A DNA stretch of 64,000 bases from Candidatus Binatia bacterium. GTDB lineage: Bacteria > Desulfobacterota > Binatia > Bin18. Below the pieces are notes generated by a model. It was not told where the DNA came from. It saw nothing but the letters and a program-made list of their open reading frames with translations, and did no database searches. The translations under genes were made by a program, and so were the position numbers. Where the stretch lies: positions 1 to 64,000 of the forward strand of contig CAXXHG010000022.1 of assembly GCA_963666315.2 (NCBI GenBank), given 5' to 3'. Positions within the stretch are counted from its first letter, which is position 1; each line of letters opens with the position of its first letter. Below are positions 40,039 to 50,123 of this stretch, piece after piece.

Positions 40039-40377
40039 ATGAAAATGGAACCGCTCAAGGATCCGAGCCATTTATTGGAGGTCGAACGCATGGTCTACCA
40101 TGCTCAGCGACCAGGATTTCGTATCGCCGAGCTGCAGCTCAGCGCCAGCCAGAAAGTTCCCTGGCACTCCCACACCAATGTCCAAGATACTTTCTACGTT
40201 CTCCACGGCCGCCTGCGGATATTTATGCAGGAGCCGAAAGGAGACGTCCGTCTGGCACGAGGTGAGACCTACGCAGTGCCACCGCGCCGTCCCCACCTCG
40301 TGACGAACGCTGGAGAGGAGTCAGTCGTGTTCTTGGTTTTGCAGGCCGGCGAATACGATTTTATCCCACTGACCTGA
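40039..40377 (+). CDS. Cupin domain protein
   Basis: PWHSHTNVQDTFYVL...PPRRPH; GGAGG RBS. Confidence 0.85.
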   Translation: MKMEPLKDPSHLLEVERMVYHAQRPGFRIAELQLSASQKVPWHSHTNVQDTFYVLHGRLRIFMQEPKGDVRLARGETYAVPPRRPHLVTNAGEESVVFLVLQAGEYDFIPLT

Positions 40378-40497
40378 TGCTCTCACCTTGAGACCCCATT
40401 CCCGCACCGGCACTACCAAAAATGGGGTCAGAAACGATTTCTTCTGGAAACTGTGTTATGCACGGCTCGTACTGAGATTGTTGCAAAGGAGACGATC

Positions 40498-41952
40498 ATG
40501 CTGAAGACCGGTCAGGAGCATTTGGAGTCCCTGCGTGACGGGCGGGTGGTCTATATTGGCAGCGAAAGAGTCGACGATGTCACGAGCCATCCCGCCTTTC
40601 GTAATGCGGCGCGCACGGTGGCGGCGATTTACGATATGAAGGCCGACCCGGCGAATCGCGATGCGTTGACCTACGAAGAGGACGGCAGCCAGCACTCGAT
40701 TTACTATTTGCGGGCCAAGACGCGCGACGATCTGCAACGGCGTATGGTCGGGCATAGAAAAATCGCAGACCTGACGTAAGGGATGTTCGGGCGTTCGCCC
40801 GACCACGTGGCCAGCTTCGTGACCGGCATGGCCATGAAGACTGACGCGCTCAAGCCGCCGTGTGGCAATCCGGATAATCTACTCGCCTATTATCGCTACG
40901 TGCGCGACCACGATATTTACACTGTCTATGCGGTGCTTCCTCCCCAAGCCGCGCGTGACCCCGAGTTCTACCAGCGCCAAAACCTTCCAGTCCCAACGCT
41001 CCGCGTAGTGGGCGAGGCAGACGACAGTGTCATCATCTCTGGTATGAAGATGCTGGCGACGGGGGCGATCTTCGCGAATGATATCTGGATCGGTAATCTA
41101 TTACCGCTCTCGCCGGACCGGAAGAAAGAAGCCATTACGTGCGCCGTGCCGTGTAATGCCTCAGGGCTGAGCCTGTGGTCGCGCAAATCTATGGAAGCGG
41201 CCTGCCGGTCGGAGTTTGATTCGCCACTGGCGTATCGGTACGACGAAACCGACAGCATGGTGGTGTGCGATCAGGTAAAGGTGCCCTGGGAGAAGGTCTT
41301 TGTGCACGACGACGCAGTGTTGTCACGCGAGGTCTATATTAAGACCCCGAGTCACTGCTTTGGTAATCACCAGTCCAACGTCCGCTATTGGTCGAAGATG
41401 CGCCTGCTACTCGGCCTGTGTAGCAAAGTTGCCCACGCGACCGGCGCAGACCAGATTCCGGCCGTGCGAGAGACGCTCGGAAAAATGGCGTCGGTCGAGA
41501 GCGCGCTCGCCGGGATGGTACATGGCCAGATCAACGCCTATGAGAGCTGGCCGGAAGGCTATGTGTGTTTTAACCGGCGGATGATGTACGCGGCGCTCGA
41601 CTGGTGCACGCAGAACTACACGCAGTTTATCGATCAACTGCGTGATCTGTGTGGTGGGGGTGTGTTCCAGATGCCGGCGGACATTTCGGTGATAGAGGAC
41701 GAACAACTGGCCCAGCGGTTTATGACCTACTTCCAGACGCCGCAGGCAGACCCGGTTTCGCGCATGAAGTTGTTTAAGCTGGCGTGGGATATGGTCGGCT
41801 CTGAGTTTGCGGGCCGGCATCAGCAGTATGAGAAGTTTTATGCTGGCGCCTCATTTATTGTGCGCGGCCATGCATATCGGGGGACTCCGTGGGGCGAGTT
41901 CCACACCATCATCGATGAGTCGATGGCAAGCTATAGCCCACCCAATACATGA
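40498..41952 (+). pseudogene. 4-hydroxyphenylacetate 3-monooxygenase oxygenase (HpaB/PvcC-like) with a premature stop
   Basis: ESLRDGRVVYIG, GRSPDH, YDETD, KLAWD and RHQQYEKFYAG; in-frame TAA at 40777-40779 in LT*GMFGR, normally a Tyr position. Confidence 0.85.
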
Positions 41953-42023
41953 AAGCTCTCCCTTTTTTCTGTGTTATAGCCGTTTGCTCTTGTGCGCCCC
42001 ATCGGACTTGAGACAGGACCGCT

Positions 42024-42050
42024 GTAGGGGCGTATTGCTATACGCCCTTA
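42024..42050. repeat. GTAG-type REP
   Basis: GTAGGGGCGTATTGCTATACGCCCTTA palindrome between convergent genes. Confidence 0.7.
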
Positions 42051-42053
42051 TCC

Positions 42054-42416
42054 CTATCGTTTCATTCTCTCACGGTCAGGAATAAAGCGGCGCGGATCAA
42101 AGCCATCGGGCACGCCTGGCTGCTGGTACAGTTCCACGGCCGTTGTCACCTCAGCCATGGCAAGGGATAGGTATAAGAGTCGCTGTGCCTCTTCGGGCAG
42201 CGCGTCTATCGGCTCCGGTGGATATTTGATCGAAAATTGACCCAGATAGGTTAGCACAGCCTCCATGCGTGGCAGCATGGTGTCGTAGAAGGCTTGGATC
42301 TGTGTCATCGTACTGGTCAGGCGCTGCTGGTTGCGCTCCGTCTCGGTCGCCAACGCCCAGACGTCGGCCAACGGTTCAAGGTCAGTGAACGACTCGGGCA
42401 ATCTCGGATTGGACAT
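42054..42416 (-). CDS. Conserved small protein downstream of the Rieske oxygenase
   Basis: LPESFTDLEP...WALATETER...IQAFYDTMLPR; 17 bp after the Rieske stop; GGAG RBS. Confidence 0.7.
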   Translation of the reverse strand: MSNPRLPESFTDLEPLADVWALATETERNQQRLTSTMTQIQAFYDTMLPRMEAVLTYLGQFSIKYPPEPIDALPEEAQRLLYLSLAMAEVTTAVELYQQPGVPDGFDPRRFIPDRERMKR

Positions 42417-42433
42417 GCCTGCTCCATCTGTAC

Positions 42434-43699
42434 TCAGTCGGCTATGAGGTCTTCCGCCACTTTGTGCGCGTGCCGAATCAGCAGCTCTTGATCCTGTACA
42501 GGATACTGGGTCAGGATGCCCGTCTCGATTCCCCGCTGCGTGTTCTCTAGGGTGCTGCCATCCTCCAGCCAAACATCCCGGGCTAAGCACTTGTTATATT
42601 CGCGGGTCACCAACTCTGCGGCGGTGGCTGGCTGCGGGAAGTAGCCGCGCGCGTTCCAGATTGAGCGATTCACCGTCACCGGCCACATGGTATGGGCGAC
42701 GTATAGAAAGGGACTCAGAATCACCATATGAAAGTTGGGAAAGATATAATAGATATCAAAGAACCACTGCTTGCTGCGCGTAGGATTCACCCCCAGCGGC
42801 CAGCGGTCCATATCTCTAAGACTGGGAAACGTTTTGAGGCTCGTCCCGAATTGGGCTACCAAGAGCTCCATGGGTGTCCGCTGTGTATTCCGGCGATCAC
42901 CGTAGAACGACATCATACTGTGACGCCGGAAGAGCTTTGTGTCGAGGACATGACAGGACGGCTGCTGCTTATTGACCATCACGCTGCCGGCGAAACGCTG
43001 GTGCAGCGATTTGCCGTGGTAGAATTCGAGTTGGGAATCGCGCAGAATCCTCCAGTTGCACGTCTGCTCGGCGGTATAGGACCAGCTCACCGGCAAGCGG
43101 TCAAAAGAATAACCGCGCAGCAGGTCTACCACTTCGCCTAAATACTGATGCAGCGTTTCAGGCGGATTTGGGTCCAGATTGATAAATATAAATCCTTCCC
43201 AGACATCAGTGGCGACCGGACTGAGGCCGTAGTCACGTTTGTCGAAGTCAAAGAACATGTCTTCTTCCGGCACCCCGACCAGCCGTCCGTCTGGCGCATA
43301 GGTCCAGCCATGGAATTTGCACGTCAATCCCGAACGACATGAGCCGTATCCGTCCCACGCCAGCCGATTGCCGCGATGTTTGCACACATTGTGAAATCCC
43401 CGCACCATGCCGTCCTTGCCACGGACGAGAAGTACCGAGGTTTTGGCGACCTCAACATTCTGCACCAGATAATCCCCCGCCTGCGAAATCTCCTCCACTC
43501 TTTTTCCGGTGCACAGCCAGGTGCGGTTAAAAATTTTCTCGCGCTCCTGCGTAAAATACTCTGGAGAGAGGTAGGGCGTGACGGGTAGGGGAGCGGTTCC
43601 CAGCTCCGGATAGTCCAGCGTCCATCTTTTGCCGTTCGTGCGAGTTTGCAGGGTATCTTGTACGCTGTCTTGCACAGTGTCTTGCACAGTGTCTTGCAT
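42434..43699 (-). CDS. Aromatic ring-hydroxylating Rieske oxygenase alpha subunit
   Basis: FHNVCKHRG...CKFHGW, EFYHGKSLH and EDGSTLE. Confidence 0.92.
   Translation of the reverse strand: MQDTVQDTVQDSVQDTLQTRTNGKRWTLDYPELGTAPLPVTPYLSPEYFTQEREKIFNRTWLCTGKRVEEISQAGDYLVQNVEVAKTSVLLVRGKDGMVRGFHNVCKHRGNRLAWDGYGSCRSGLTCKFHGWTYAPDGRLVGVPEEDMFFDFDKRDYGLSPVATDVWEGFIFINLDPNPPETLHQYLGEVVDLLRGYSFDRLPVSWSYTAEQTCNWRILRDSQLEFYHGKSLHQRFAGSVMVNKQQPSCHVLDTKLFRRHSMMSFYGDRRNTQRTPMELLVAQFGTSLKTFPSLRDMDRWPLGVNPTRSKQWFFDIYYIFPNFHMVILSPFLYVAHTMWPVTVNRSIWNARGYFPQPATAAELVTREYNKCLARDVWLEDGSTLENTQRGIETGILTQYPVQDQELLIRHAHKVAEDLIAD
43646..43699 (-). repeat. 12-bp in-frame tandem repeat (QDTV/QDSV/QDTL x4)
   Basis: CAAGACACTGTG units at the 5' end of the Rieske gene. 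Confidence 0.8.
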
Positions 43700-43951
43700 G
43701 CTGTCCCTGGCCTCGTTTTCTTCTCTCAGAAGTTGTTTAAAAACCTACTGCGCCATCTTGGTCTATCTTGGCAGGGGACGCAATGCGTTCCAGACTTCAT
43801 ACGTCCCTTCTTTGCTTGACAATCGCTCTTACTCGCAGTGCCGTTGGGTTGACAGACATCCTCCTGTGTGGAGATAAAGCCGTATGACGTAGGCTTCTTC
43901 ATCGACTCTGAACATCCTTGCCTCGTATGTGAACATAGAGAGGACGGTCGC

Positions 43952-45145
43952 ATGAACTTTCAGATCAGCGAAGAATATGCACACCTACAACACCGGTGTC
44001 GGCGGCTGGCAGCAGATTTCGCCACCCGAGCGGCCGCACATGACCGGGAAGCCAGCCATCCGCTGGAAAACTATGCGGCCCTGCGCCGTGAGGGATTCTA
44101 TGCGCTCAATGTTCCCAAAGAGATGGGCGGGGGGGGAGTCGGACTCCTCGGCTATTCACTAGCTGCCGAGGAACTAGCCCAGGGTTGTCCTGCCACCGCA
44201 CTCTCGTTCAATATGCATCTATCGATCGTTGGACCCTTGCTCGAGAGTCCAATAGTCCCTCCGGCGACCAAGCAGCGCATCGCCGATCTGGTCGTGAAGG
44301 AGCAAAAGCTGATTGCTGGGAATTTCTCCGAGCCGAGGACGTCCGGGCTGTTGGCCACGTATCAACCGAGCACGCGTGCCCAACGGGTTGCTGGAGGGTA
44401 CCAGATCACGGGTAGAAAAGCCTTTGCCTCCATGCTGGAAGCAGCCGACTTCTGTGCTGTGCTAGCGCATCCAGACGAAGCCGACAGCCCTGGCGCCGCT
44501 ATCCTACTGCTTGTTCCACGTGAGGCGTCAGGACGACGCGTCGACCAGGTGTGGGATACGCTCGGGATGCGGGCGACCCGCAGTGACTCCCTCATACTCG
44601 ACAACTGTTTCGTGCCGCAGGAAGCTACACTCTATCAGGCGGACGACATCCTACCGTTCATCCGCGATGGGGCGAACTGGCTGTGGGCATCGTATACGGC
44701 CGTGTACCTGGGGGTGGCCGCCGCCGCCTACACAGCCGTATGCAAGATGGTGCAGGAAAGGGTACCTCGGGGCTACACCCAGTCTATGGCCCACCACCCT
44801 GATGTTCGCCATCGTGTAGCTGAAATGAGCGTGGACCTGGAGGCCGCCAGACTCGTGACGTATCACTCGGCCTGGCTCAGCGACACCCAAGGGCCGACCC
44901 GGGAGACCCTGGCGGCCCTGTTCCGAGCCAAGTATCTGGTCGGCGAGGCTGGCGCTCGAATCACGCGGACTGCCCTCACGCTGGGAGGAGCACATGCGAT
45001 CTTCAAAACCGTACCGCTTGAGATGCTGTTTCGGGACGGCGCCGTCGGTCCTATTCAGTTTCCGCCCAGTGACTATTGTCTCTCCAGCGTGGGGACCTTG
45101 GAGCTGGGGTTAGATCCACGCGAGATACTGCCGCCGCTAAAATAA
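43952..45145 (+). CDS. Acyl-CoA dehydrogenase-family flavoprotein
   Basis: LSFNMH, NFSEP, ITGRKAFAS, WDTLGMRATRS and LGGAH. Confidence 0.9.
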   Translation: MNFQISEEYAHLQHRCRRLAADFATRAAAHDREASHPLENYAALRREGFYALNVPKEMGGGGVGLLGYSLAAEELAQGCPATALSFNMHLSIVGPLLESPIVPPATKQRIADLVVKEQKLIAGNFSEPRTSGLLATYQPSTRAQRVAGGYQITGRKAFASMLEAADFCAVLAHPDEADSPGAAILLLVPREASGRRVDQVWDTLGMRATRSDSLILDNCFVPQEATLYQADDILPFIRDGANWLWASYTAVYLGVAAAAYTAVCKMVQERVPRGYTQSMAHHPDVRHRVAEMSVDLEAARLVTYHSAWLSDTQGPTRETLAALFRAKYLVGEAGARITRTALTLGGAHAIFKTVPLEMLFRDGAVGPIQFPPSDYCLSSVGTLELGLDPREILPPLK

Positions 45146-45158
45146 GGAGGAATAGGTT

Positions 45159-46232
45159 ATGGCAACGGACAACGGTAAATCTTATGTCTTCGCCGGCCGG
45201 GCGGGTGATACCAGCCCAGGCATCGAATGGGTGGAAAAGCATATGGGTATGAAGCTGGTTGTCAAGAGCGGCTTGTACCGGAGTGTCTTCGGGCAAGGGA
45301 ACTGGGAGCCGCTAACGAAGGGGCTGCCTGATGCGCCTGAGATCCGGGCTATAACGATACACCCCCACAAGCCCGGGGTGGTCTACGTCGCTACCCAAGA
45401 CGGACCGTATCGCAGTGATGACCACGGCGACCATTGGGAGAAGGTGCCTGTCCCTGACCACGGTCTGCCTATGTGGTCGCTGTTATTCCATCCGGCCGAT
45501 CCACAGATCATATTCGCTGGCTACGAGTCCGCAGAGATATACCGGAGCGACGACGCCGGAGAGACCTGGCGCCAGCTCCCGGTGAGTGTCCGGTTCCCCG
45601 ACGTCACGATGCCTCCTCAGGGAATACCGTCCAAGCAAGTGCTGATGATGTCTGGCAGCATTGCCGACCGGGACGAGCTGTATGCATCCCTGGAGGTAGG
45701 GGGGCTGATCCGGTCTTTGGATGGTGGGGAACACTGGGAGAACCTCAGCCACGGCCAATACCTCACCGACGACACGGTGGACATGCACGGCGTTCTGGCC
45801 AGCCGCCTGACCCCAGGAACTGTCACTACCATTTGCCGCGTCGGCATGTTTCGCAGCACCGATCGAGGCGACCACTGGCAGCGCGTGCCCATCGAGCCCC
45901 TGAACGATCACGGCACAACCTATTGCCGTTGCCTGCGTGAAGTCCCGGGCGATCCCACCAACCTGTGGGTGTCTGGCGGGGGAGATTTTGAGAGTAACGT
46001 CGGCGGCCTGTTCCACAGCGAGGATGGCGGTCTGAGCTGGGACCGCGTGGATATTGGCCATGAGGTCAACAGCACTCTCTTCGCCCTGTCCATTGACCAG
46101 CGCCATTCTGACCGTATGGCATGCGCCAGCAAAAAGGGACAGGTTTTCACCAGTGCTAACGCCGGTGCAAGCTGGAATGCTCAGCCGCTACCGGCTGATG
46201 CCGACCAGGTCTACTGTGTAGCCACTGGCTAG
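45159..46232 (+). CDS. BNR/Asp-box repeat beta-propeller protein (no signal peptide)
   Basis: RSDDHGDHW, RSDDAGETW, RSLDGGEHW and SEDGGLSW. Confidence 0.85.
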   Translation: MATDNGKSYVFAGRAGDTSPGIEWVEKHMGMKLVVKSGLYRSVFGQGNWEPLTKGLPDAPEIRAITIHPHKPGVVYVATQDGPYRSDDHGDHWEKVPVPDHGLPMWSLLFHPADPQIIFAGYESAEIYRSDDAGETWRQLPVSVRFPDVTMPPQGIPSKQVLMMSGSIADRDELYASLEVGGLIRSLDGGEHWENLSHGQYLTDDTVDMHGVLASRLTPGTVTTICRVGMFRSTDRGDHWQRVPIEPLNDHGTTYCRCLREVPGDPTNLWVSGGGDFESNVGGLFHSEDGGLSWDRVDIGHEVNSTLFALSIDQRHSDRMACASKKGQVFTSANAGASWNAQPLPADADQVYCVATG

Positions 46233-46247
46233 GAGAAGGAGGATACG

Positions 46248-46754
46248 ATGACGCTTCCCGAGTCGGCAATCGTACTCCAGCGTGGAGAGGGCAGCTACGT
46301 CAGTATCGGGACTGGCACCCATTGCACCTTCAAAGTCAGCGGCAAAGACACTGAGGGCCATTTTGGGCTGTTCGAATATACGATGGAGCCCGGGACTGAG
46401 GGGCCGCGGCACCATATTCACCGCCAGATGGCGGAGATCTTCTACGTCGTCGAGGGCGAGATCGAGCTCATCATCGGAGACCAGACGGTCACAGCTCGGG
46501 CCGGGGCAACCGCACTCGTCCCCAAGGAAGCCGTGCAGGCCTTTTCCAACCCAGGCTCGCTGCGCTCGGTGTTGCTCATTATGTTCTGTCCAGCCGACTC
46601 GCGCGAGAAATACTTCGAGGGTCTGGCTGAGCTGACCGAGGGCGGGCAGCGCCCAGATCCCCAGGCTCTGCTCGAGTTGATGCGCAAATATGATACCGAG
46701 CCCGTGGCCGAGCCGGTCTATGGCGGACCGGACACGCCATCCTCAGACCTGTAG
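46248..46754 (+). CDS. Cupin domain protein
   Basis: PRHHIHRQMAEIFYVVEGEI. Confidence 0.85.
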   Translation: MTLPESAIVLQRGEGSYVSIGTGTHCTFKVSGKDTEGHFGLFEYTMEPGTEGPRHHIHRQMAEIFYVVEGEIELIIGDQTVTARAGATALVPKEAVQAFSNPGSLRSVLLIMFCPADSREKYFEGLAELTEGGQRPDPQALLELMRKYDTEPVAEPVYGGPDTPSSDL

Positions 46755-46774
46755 GAGAATGGGGAACATCGCTC

Positions 46775-47788
46775 TTAGCGGAATGCGGGCATGATCTCTT
46801 GCGCGAACAGTTCGATTGAGCGGGTGCCCTTGACTGGATCGACCCCCGGGACCTGCATGCCCATGACTAAGTGGGTACAGGACGAGGTCTTAACAAACGC
46901 CTCGACTTTGCGCGCCACTTGGTCTGGGCTGCCCACCATCCATGCCTGCCCATAGGGCGAGTGGCGAATGTCTCGGGCCTCTTTGATGTCCCACAGCCGC
47001 TCGTCGCCTGCGACATCGCCGCTGGTCTTAAACCAGCCATCGTACACTTGCATCATCCAGTGGGCTTGGTCCTGGATGTCCTCCCACGCCTCGTCCTCGG
47101 TGGGCGCTACATACACGAAGTGCAGCTGGGTGGTCGAAAAATCAGCCGGCGTGCGTCCCTGCTGTTTCAGCAGCTCATAGTAGCGGGGAGCCCAGTCCGG
47201 GCCCAGCGTAAGGTGCAGGTGATAGCCCTCGCGGACAGCTCGCTGCATGGCCTTTTCGGTACGCGCGCCAATCCAGATGGGGGGATGGGGCTTTTGCACA
47301 GGTTCGGGCTGGATATGGACATCTTTGATCTGAGTAAATTTCCCTTCGAACGTGACTGTGTCGTCAGTCCACAGGCGTCGGATCAGGTTGAGCCCCTCAG
47401 CCAGGCGGGCCGAGCGCTCTTTGCGGGGCATACAAAAGCCGGAGAATTCATCGACGCGATAGCCCTGTCCGACCCCGAGATCAAACCGCCCCTTGGAGAG
47501 GTTATCAATGAAAGCCACGTCTTCGGCCACACGCACCGGATGATAGAATGGGAGCAGCAACACAAACGTGCCAATGCGGATGCGTTCGGTCCGCGCCGCA
47601 ATGGCGGTCGCGGCGTGTAACGGCGTGGGGTTATAGTCCCCGCTGAAGTGGTGTTCGGTCAGCCAGATATTGTCATAGCCGAGCTCGTCGGCCCGCACAC
47701 ACTGGTCAAGCAAGAGCCGGTAGAGATCGGCATAGGGCCGGAACCAGGGAGCGGGATTACGAAAGTCATGCATCAGTCCGAATTTCAT
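46775..47788 (-). CDS. LLM-class flavin-dependent oxidoreductase
   Basis: WLTEHHF, HPVRVAED, PVQKPHPPIWIG and LFAQEIMP; AGGAGG RBS. Confidence 0.92.
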   Translation of the reverse strand: MKFGLMHDFRNPAPWFRPYADLYRLLLDQCVRADELGYDNIWLTEHHFSGDYNPTPLHAATAIAARTERIRIGTFVLLLPFYHPVRVAEDVAFIDNLSKGRFDLGVGQGYRVDEFSGFCMPRKERSARLAEGLNLIRRLWTDDTVTFEGKFTQIKDVHIQPEPVQKPHPPIWIGARTEKAMQRAVREGYHLHLTLGPDWAPRYYELLKQQGRTPADFSTTQLHFVYVAPTEDEAWEDIQDQAHWMMQVYDGWFKTSGDVAGDERLWDIKEARDIRHSPYGQAWMVGSPDQVARKVEAFVKTSSCTHLVMGMQVPGVDPVKGTRSIELFAQEIMPAFR

Positions 47789-47987
47789 TGCTGCCTCCTT
47801 GTGGCTCCCCCTGTAGCGCTGAATTTGTAGGGCTGAACTGTAGCGGTTGTGTACCACACAGAAAAGGCTGCGGGGCAGAGCCGACATACGGCGCTTGCCC
47901 CATCATCAAGAGCCGCACAGAGCTTGAGAACACGATCCGGGTCGCTTATGGTCTCTTGGACCGGCAGGCAGCAAGCGGTGGGAAGCC

Positions 47988-48782
47988 ATGATGAATGATA
48001 TCGAGACACCGGTCGGAGAGCGTTTGTCAGTCGGGGACATTGAGCTCGAAGTGATACGCCAGGGTACGGGTCGGCCAGTCCTGCTCCTGCACGGCATGCA
48101 CAACGTCAATCCGCGGGCGCGTTTTCTCGAACTGCTCGGCAGGCGGGCGGAGATCATAGTCCCCTCACACCCTGGCTTTGGCCACTCAGAGCGCCCGGCG
48201 GATTTCGACACCGTATACGACTTGGTACACCTGTATTTAGACGTCCTCGAAGCGCTGTCCTATGAGCGGATCACACTTATGGGATTGTCCTTTGGCGGCT
48301 GGCTCGCCGCGGAAATCGCAGTCAAGTGTAGCCATCGCGTCGACCGGCTCGTCCTCGTAGACGCCTTTGGCATCAAGATCAGCGATCGCGAGACACCAGA
48401 TATCTTAGACGTCTTCAATACATCACCCCAGGCAGTGCAGCGACACAGCTGGCACGATCCTGAGAAGTGGGCGCCGGATTTCAACGCTCTATCGGACGAC
48501 GAAATTGTAGTCCGCGCCCGGAACTGGGACGCGCTGTGCCTGTACGGCTGGCACCCCTATATGCACAACCCCCAGCTGAAACGTTGGCTGCGTCGGATCA
48601 AGCAGCCGACGCTGGTGCTGTGGGGGGCGAGCGACGGGATCGTGACGCCGTCGTACGGACGGGCCTACAGCGCGTTGATTCCTGGCTCGCGCTTCGAGCT
48701 CATTGTTAAGGCGGGACAGCATCCCGAGATCGAGCAGCCCGAGGCCCTTGTCGATTGCGTCGCTGCCTTCTTGGAACAATAG
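47988..48782 (+). CDS. Alpha/beta hydrolase
   Basis: LLHG, HPGFGHS, GLSFGG and LWGASD; the expected AGH reads AGQH. Confidence 0.85.
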   Translation: MMNDIETPVGERLSVGDIELEVIRQGTGRPVLLLHGMHNVNPRARFLELLGRRAEIIVPSHPGFGHSERPADFDTVYDLVHLYLDVLEALSYERITLMGLSFGGWLAAEIAVKCSHRVDRLVLVDAFGIKISDRETPDILDVFNTSPQAVQRHSWHDPEKWAPDFNALSDDEIVVRARNWDALCLYGWHPYMHNPQLKRWLRRIKQPTLVLWGASDGIVTPSYGRAYSALIPGSRFELIVKAGQHPEIEQPEALVDCVAAFLEQ

Positions 48783-48814
48783 GGCTGAGCCAGAAAGAGG
48801 CTAAAGAATACGCT

Positions 48815-50062
48815 ATGGAAGTCTGGTATCACAACGAGAACCCGTATCCCTTCGTCCCACCAGACGTACTCGACCGCGCGGATTCCGTCCGTGCCAGCCT
48901 GCCGAATAAGTATTGCGATCCACAGATCGCTGCTGACCTGTTCGAGGAAACCTTTGACGAGTTCATGCTGTGCGACGAGCAGGGAATCAATGTCGTCGCC
49001 ATCGAGCATCATGCCGGAATCAATTCCCTGTTCGGGGCCAACCCGCTGGTCCTGGGTATCCTGGCCCGCCAGATACGCAAGGTCCGCATTCTCAGTATGG
49101 GGACGTTGATCTCACTGCGGCCAGACCCGGTCCGGGTCGCGGAGGAGTATGCCACGGCAGATGTTATTTCCCGCGGGCGTCTGGATATCGGCTTCGTGAA
49201 GTCGGGCGCCAGTGAGATGGCGTCTAACAATGCCAACCCGGTCACGAATATTGAGCGCTACTGGGAGGCGATCGATCTCGTCACTAAGGCGTTGACCTTT
49301 CAGGAGGGACCGTTCAGTTGGGAGGGGAAGCACTATACGCACCGGCATGTGAACATCTGGCCACGCCCCTGGCAGCAGCCGCATCCGCCGCTGTGGGCGG
49401 CGATGGGCGACCCGGAAACCGCGAGCGAGGTTGGCCGGCGGGGGATGGTCAATGTGCTGGTCCTGCGCGGCGAGGAGGGGACCAAGCGTGCCTGGGCCGC
49501 GTATCGACAGGCGCGAGCGAAGGCTGGACTACCCAAGGTCATGACCGACCACTTTGCGTATGCAGCGTTAGTCTATGTCGGTGACACCCACGACGAAGGT
49601 GTCAAAATTGGGAGCAAGCTGCTGTGGTTCCTCAACACGAGTCTGAAGATGGCGCCCCAGTACGCGCAATTTCTGCCTGGCGCAACACCGTCGCACTTTG
49701 CGCCGCAGGTCTACCGCACCGCACCCAAGCCGGATGCTCAGGACGAGGGGTCGGCTAGCAGCAGCCGTGCGCAGTCGGCGAAAGCAGACAAGCCCGTCGC
49801 TCCGGCTATCCTGAACGTCGGGGGGCTTACCAACATCGACACGGCGCAAGCCATGGCGCGGGGGATTCTGTTCGCCGGTAGCCCTGACACCGTCTACCGG
49901 CAGATCGTGGATTTCTACAGCAAGGTCGGCGGCTTTGGTCACTTGGTGATGATCGGGCGGTCAGGATACATGACGCATGCCGAGGCCGAGAAAGGCATCA
50001 TCCTCTTTGCCAAGGAGGTACTGCCCCGGCTGAAGGAGATTGCGCCTGTCACCGCGGGCTGA
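48815..50062 (+). CDS. LLM-class flavin-dependent oxidoreductase
   Basis: AIEHH, PVRVAEEYA, NIWPRPWQQPHPP and LFAKEVLPRL. Confidence 0.9.
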   Translation: MEVWYHNENPYPFVPPDVLDRADSVRASLPNKYCDPQIAADLFEETFDEFMLCDEQGINVVAIEHHAGINSLFGANPLVLGILARQIRKVRILSMGTLISLRPDPVRVAEEYATADVISRGRLDIGFVKSGASEMASNNANPVTNIERYWEAIDLVTKALTFQEGPFSWEGKHYTHRHVNIWPRPWQQPHPPLWAAMGDPETASEVGRRGMVNVLVLRGEEGTKRAWAAYRQARAKAGLPKVMTDHFAYAALVYVGDTHDEGVKIGSKLLWFLNTSLKMAPQYAQFLPGATPSHFAPQVYRTAPKPDAQDEGSASSSRAQSAKADKPVAPAILNVGGLTNIDTAQAMARGILFAGSPDTVYRQIVDFYSKVGGFGHLVMIGRSGYMTHAEAEKGIILFAKEVLPRLKEIAPVTAG

Positions 50063-50123
50063 CGAGGCGGGTCTGCCCCACAGGTTTTGCTGCTCCCCAA
50101 TCCTCACGCTAGCGCTCGCTGCG

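Noticed and set aside
40777-40779. Possible stop-codon reassignment (TAA/TAG at Tyr or Gln positions at 4114, 29785, 40777 and 58602)
   Set aside because: TAA and TAG terminate many intact genes in the window, and the implied residues differ. Ordinary nonsense mutations explain them.
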